A stretch of 60,744 nt of DNA from Nanobdellati archaeon (GTDB lineage: Archaea; B1Sed10-29; JAGVWA01), in NCBI GenBank assembly GCA_018304505.1, contig JAGVWA010000007.1, positions 1-60,744 of the forward strand, in the 5' to 3' direction. The notes under the pieces are model-generated. The model saw only the letters and a list, made by a program, of their open reading frames with translations, was not told the DNA's origin and ran no database searches. A program made the translations under genes and the position numbers. Positions within the stretch are counted from its first letter, which is position 1. The number at the start of each line of letters is the position of its first letter. Below are positions 56,811-60,744 of the stretch, piece by piece.

Positions 56811-59800
56811 ATTCTTCTACACGAACCAGTTTCCCGTTTATGGTTTTGTAGTGTACCTTTTTAAGTGCTGGCTCAGGCTTTGGCGCCTCTTGTGATGTTT
56901 TGCTTTCAGTTGAAACTGCGAGCTTCGCTTGTTCTGTTTTTTCGGTAGGCTGTTTCGTGCTAAACAGAATCTTTTTATCCTTTATCGGCTGCAGGTTTTT
57001 GTATGTCACCTTAGGTGTCGCGGTTTGCCGCGGTTCTTTTTCATATCCCTTTGTAAAGAAATCCTTTATCGTGGACACAGTGTTTTTTGTGTCAGATAGG
57101 TATTCTTTTAGTGGTTTCTTGTACCCGATGTTTGCCAGGGATTTCTTTGGGAACAGATCGGGCAACTGAGCCGTCGTATAGATAAGCCACACGATCAGCA
57201 CAACAAGAGCCGTTACTATACTTGCAGCAACAAGGTCTATTCCAAGCGGCACAATATCCCCTTCGGCTGCTGGTTCTCCAGTAACGTTGTCAGTGACGTT
57301 CATGGTGGCATTCTCTGCATCAGCCACTGCAGTATCTTCAATAAGGGGTACCTGGGCCGTTTCATTGCTTACACTAACATTGTCTGTAGTAGTTACGTTT
57401 ACAGCACTTGATTTTTCGGTCTTTGTTATAGCGAATACGCTGAATCCAGGGGTTGTGGCCACGAAGTTCACCAGTGTTGATGTTTCGTTCATAACGCGCG
57501 TGTTGAACGAAACATCAACACTGGTGAACTTCGACGCGTTGTTGTTGTACCTGTTCAGCTTGATCTGCTCTTTGGTTGCGCTGTTGCTCGTGAGCCATGA
57601 TTTCAGCACCTGGAAGTTGATGTTCGCAGAGGCTACCTTGTCAGAGCTTATGTTTGACAGTGAAATGTCCAGGTAGCCGTAGACAGTCAGCGTATGGCTC
57701 GGTTTTGCCGGTGCAGTAGGTACAGATGTGGGCTTTGTGGTTTCAAGGTTTTCAACTACCACCCTGCCGCCTTCTGAAGTGGCCTGCGCCAGCGTGATTT
57801 CAACAGCTGAGACGAGCAGGTCTGCTATTTTTGTTGATGGTATAGCCAGTTTTATTGTTTCACCTGAGTTTCCTTGCTTTGCCACCAGCGTCAGTTTCTT
57901 TGATGGTGTCGTTCCAGTTCCGCCGCCCCCACCGGTAGTTGTTGTGGTTGTTGTAGTTCCGTTGAACGTGATTGAGAACGTATCGCTGCCAGTGGTGTTC
58001 CACACGCCGTTTATGGTTGCGGTCGCGGATTGGCTGGCTAATGAACCAAGGGTGCACGCGCTGCTGAATGTGCCGTTTGTTGCGGTGAGTGCGCACGTGT
58101 TGAGTCCTGTTCCTGTGGCTGTGCCGGAGCCCCACACGTTAAAAGAACCGTACTTTGCAGTGCCCGCTACCGTTATTGCAGAGCTGGCAGTGGTTTGGTC
58201 ACCCACGGCCACTGTAACGGTGCGCGGTATCACGACGCTATCTGAATAGTTGCCAGTGTGATTCCTTGTGTTGGTGACGTTTATTGACAGCGTCTGCGTG
58301 CCCTGGCTCCAAGAATTATTCGTTATTATTGTGCAGTAGAAATTGTAATCACTACTACGTGTAATGTTTCCAAATATGCCCCCAATAGCGCAGTCTGGCC
58401 AGAATGGTGTGCCGTTTGAGTCCTGCACAACAAGGAAGTTAGACAAGTTGACGAGGCCGTCGACGCTGCTGTTTAACTGGAACGTGACGTTAATCAGCAG
58501 CTGAGACGTGTTCGCAGAATTGGTTATGTAGTTAGTGCTGGTAATGTTCGTTGTCGTCGGCGCCAAGTTTATGAAGCTAATGCTGGGCCGGGTTGCGCTG
58601 ACTATGAGCGATGCGTTTAGGCTGCCGCTTGTCGAATTTACACTAATTGTTATATTAGTGTTGGTCGGGGTTTGCAGCGAAAAGTTCACGCTAACGTTGA
58701 ACTGTGTTTGATTTGAGTAGTTTAAGTTGACAATGCTTGTCGGCGTGACGGATGCGTTGACGCTGGAACTGCTTGTTTCAACGGTCACAGTGTAGGTTTC
58801 ATTAATGTTGCCGGTGTTCGTGAAGTTGACGGTGAAGTTGGTTTCCAATGGCAATGAGAAATTTGTAAAGTTCGACACGCTGCTGAATGATATGTTGTGA
58901 TGTTCTGTAACGTTGACGAGGAACGAAACATTTTCATTAACATCTCCTTCACTACTGTTAACCAGGATTGTGAAGTTGTTGAAATTGCCTGGCTCGAGGA
59001 ACGGCACACTCATTGACAAATTTATTGTTGCGGTCTGGCTCGCGTTCAGCGTCAGGGATGTGGTGTCGAGACTCGCGTTCCAGTCGCTCGTGTTGGTGAA
59101 ATTTATCGAAAATGTGTTCTGCAGGCTGCCGTTGTTTGTGATGTTAATTGGCACCGTCAAACTAATGTTGGGATGCACTTGTTGGTCTGTTATTGAAATG
59201 TTTACCCCGTAGGTGATGTTGACAGTGAATGTCGTCACATTTTGCAGGCTGAAGAACGCGCTGAGCATCGTTATGTTCCACGTGCCGGTTGAGGTTATGT
59301 TGCTCTCTATTGTGTAGTTGAAGGACCCATTTCCAACCAAGGTTACGTTGATGCTCTCGACAACGCCCGTGGTATTTGAAATGTTCACTGTGATAGTCTC
59401 GTTTGTCTGCATCTGCTCTGAAGTGTTCTGCAGCAGCGTGATGTTGTAGTAAACCGTTTGCCCGTTCGTGTAGAACGCCTTGTCGGTCACCACGGTCAAG
59501 CCAGTCATGTTCTGTGCCGTGAAATTCTCGCTTGAATTCTCAAGATTCGTTGAAGTAACGTTTATGGAATATGCGCCGGTTTCGTTTGGCGAGTACACAA
59601 ACGACACAAGGCCTGACGAGTTTGTTGTTGAGGAGTTGACATTGAATTGCACGCCGCTTTTGGTGATGTTCATGCTGATTGCGATTCCCGAAATTGGGTC
59701 ACCGGTTTGGTCAAATAATCCAACAGTCACCGTGACCAGGTCATTTAACCTTTGAAATGAGCCATTGCTTATCGACAGGTTTAGCGTTGTCTCGTTTTGT

Positions 59801-60744
59801 GACACCTCGAACGTCCGCGTTGCGGGCGCAGTGATGTTAAACGGCGTTACTTGTATCTGCCAGGTGCCTGCTTTTGATGCGCTGTCCAACGCAAGGTTTT
59901 CCTTGAATGTTGAGCCATTAATTGCAATGGTGGTGTTTGATTTCACGGTCGTGCCATTAGGCGCAATCACCGAGATGTTGGCAGTGAAATTCAGGAACTC
60001 ATCGTTCTCGCCGAATGCGAAGGCCTGATAATGGACCGTGTTCCCTGGGCCATAGCTCGTGTTCAAGTTGTCATAGTTGCTGTTGTTTGAAATGTTCACT
60101 AGCGTTGTATACACTTTTTGGAGCGTGAAGGAGTAGGTATCAGAGGTTCCACTACTCGCCGCACGGCAGGTGCGGATGTTCCACAAGCCCGTGCTATCAG
60201 CGATTGCTGAGATGTTTGATGAGCCGCCACTGTCAACGCTCATGTTTTTTGAATTCCCTGATGGGTCTTGAATTTCAAAATACATCCTGTTTGTCGATAT
60301 TCCCCAAGTAGCGTTGATTTTGGTGTAGTTAATGTTGTTTCCGAGTTCAAAGTAAGTTTTGCGGGGATTGTCTGTATTAGTGCATATGCCTGGAATCACT
60401 GTGTCGTGCGTGAAGGATGACGATGTGATAGTGTTCGTGAAGTTCACGACCGGCACGATGACCTTGTACGGCAGTTCAATTGACCCGCCGCTGTAACTGA
60501 GTGTGATGTTTCCCCTGTATTCGCCTTCTTGTGTGCTGCTTGGAATCGCGATTGTGAAATTTGACGTGTTTGATGCGGATTGCGTTATCGTGAATGTTGA
60601 CGCTGACACATTGCCTGCGCCTATTGTTTTTGATGTATCCCATAGTTCAGTAGCAGCAGTGGCGCTTGGCGTCAGTGTCAAGTCTCCGGCGCCGGTGTTT
60701 GTGAAATTCACTGACACTATTGAGGACGTGTTGCCCTTGTGCAC
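56809..60744 (-). CDS. Large cell-surface glycoprotein with Ig-like/MG2-like domains, PGF-pre-PGF domain, TM and basic cytoplasmic tail (5' partial)
   Basis: Many N-x-S/T sequons, TDKAFY..GQTV, TTTTTTTTGGGGG linker, ATTPGFSVFAI, TM helix; frame runs off the window end. Confidence 0.85.
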   Translation of the reverse strand: MHKGNTSSIVSVNFTNTGAGDLTLTPSATAATELWDTSKTIGAGNVSASTFTITQSASNTSNFTIAIPSSTQEGEYRGNITLSYSGGSIELPYKVIVPVVNFTNTITSSSFTHDTVIPGICTNTDNPRKTYFELGNNINYTKINATWGISTNRMYFEIQDPSGNSKNMSVDSGGSSNISAIADSTGLWNIRTCRAASSGTSDTYSFTLQKVYTTLVNISNNSNYDNLNTSYGPGNTVHYQAFAFGENDEFLNFTANISVIAPNGTTVKSNTTIAINGSTFKENLALDSASKAGTWQIQVTPFNITAPATRTFEVSQNETTLNLSISNGSFQRLNDLVTVTVGLFDQTGDPISGIAISMNITKSGVQFNVNSSTTNSSGLVSFVYSPNETGAYSINVTSTNLENSSENFTAQNMTGLTVVTDKAFYTNGQTVYYNITLLQNTSEQMQTNETITVNISNTTGVVESINVTLVGNGSFNYTIESNITSTGTWNITMLSAFFSLQNVTTFTVNITYGVNISITDQQVHPNISLTVPINITNNGSLQNTFSINFTNTSDWNASLDTTSLTLNASQTATINLSMSVPFLEPGNFNNFTILVNSSEGDVNENVSFLVNVTEHHNISFSSVSNFTNFSLPLETNFTVNFTNTGNINETYTVTVETSSSSVNASVTPTSIVNLNYSNQTQFNVSVNFSLQTPTNTNITISVNSTSGSLNASLIVSATRPSISFINLAPTTTNITSTNYITNSANTSQLLINVTFQLNSSVDGLVNLSNFLVVQDSNGTPFWPDCAIGGIFGNITRSSDYNFYCTIITNNSWSQGTQTLSINVTNTRNHTGNYSDSVVIPRTVTVAVGDQTTASSAITVAGTAKYGSFNVWGSGTATGTGLNTCALTATNGTFSSACTLGSLASQSATATINGVWNTTGSDTFSITFNGTTTTTTTTGGGGGTGTTPSKKLTLVAKQGNSGETIKLAIPSTKIADLLVSAVEITLAQATSEGGRVVVENLETTKPTSVPTAPAKPSHTLTVYGYLDISLSNISSDKVASANINFQVLKSWLTSNSATKEQIKLNRYNNNASKFTSVDVSFNTRVMNETSTLVNFVATTPGFSVFAITKTEKSSAVNVTTTDNVSVSNETAQVPLIEDTAVADAENATMNVTDNVTGEPAAEGDIVPLGIDLVAASIVTALVVLIVWLIYTTAQLPDLFPKKSLANIGYKKPLKEYLSDTKNTVSTIKDFFTKGYEKEPRQTATPKVTYKNLQPIKDKKILFSTKQPTEKTEQAKLAVSTESKTSQEAPKPEPALKKVHYKTINGKLVRVEE
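57462..57533. repeat. Perfect 30-bp inverted repeat with 12-nt spacer inside a coding sequence
   Basis: cgaagttcaccagtgttgatgtttcgttca / tgaacgaaacatcaacactggtgaacttcg. Confidence 0.92.

Overview
Archaeal genomic window, probably from a DPANN-type lineage (RFC small subunit, RadB, Cdc48, NreA, archaeal MtaB, XPD, TopA, MetRS, PGF-pre-PGF surface proteins, many class III signal-peptide proteins; the lineage is inferred, not proven). Housekeeping blocks (~4.8-21.9 kb and ~51-56 kb) flank a pilin-like cluster (22-26.3 kb), an AT-richer accessory region (~28.5-37 kb) and a ~13 kb copper/thiol-redox island (37.2-50.3 kb). The standout is a tightly coupled four-gene operon at 31276-34039. It encodes a stand-alone PEP-utiliser phospho-His domain, an unannotated 42-aa Trp-repeat peptide (31621-31749, missed by the ORF track), a radical SAM/SPASM enzyme and a 319-aa orphan, and looks like a candidate archaeal RiPP system. 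Other signals: a 539-aa intein in TopA with extra HTH domains; a 5-Cys module shared by two unrelated surface proteins; a pilin-type N-terminus fused to a glycoside-hydrolase-like domain; a MetRS with no canonical in-frame start codon; a duplicated palindrome-plus-40-bp repeat bracketing a toxin-antitoxin-like pair; a GNA-triloop hairpin array behind tRNA-Ala; and a perfect 30-bp inverted repeat inside a surface-protein gene. All family calls come from motif recognition by eye; no database searches were run.
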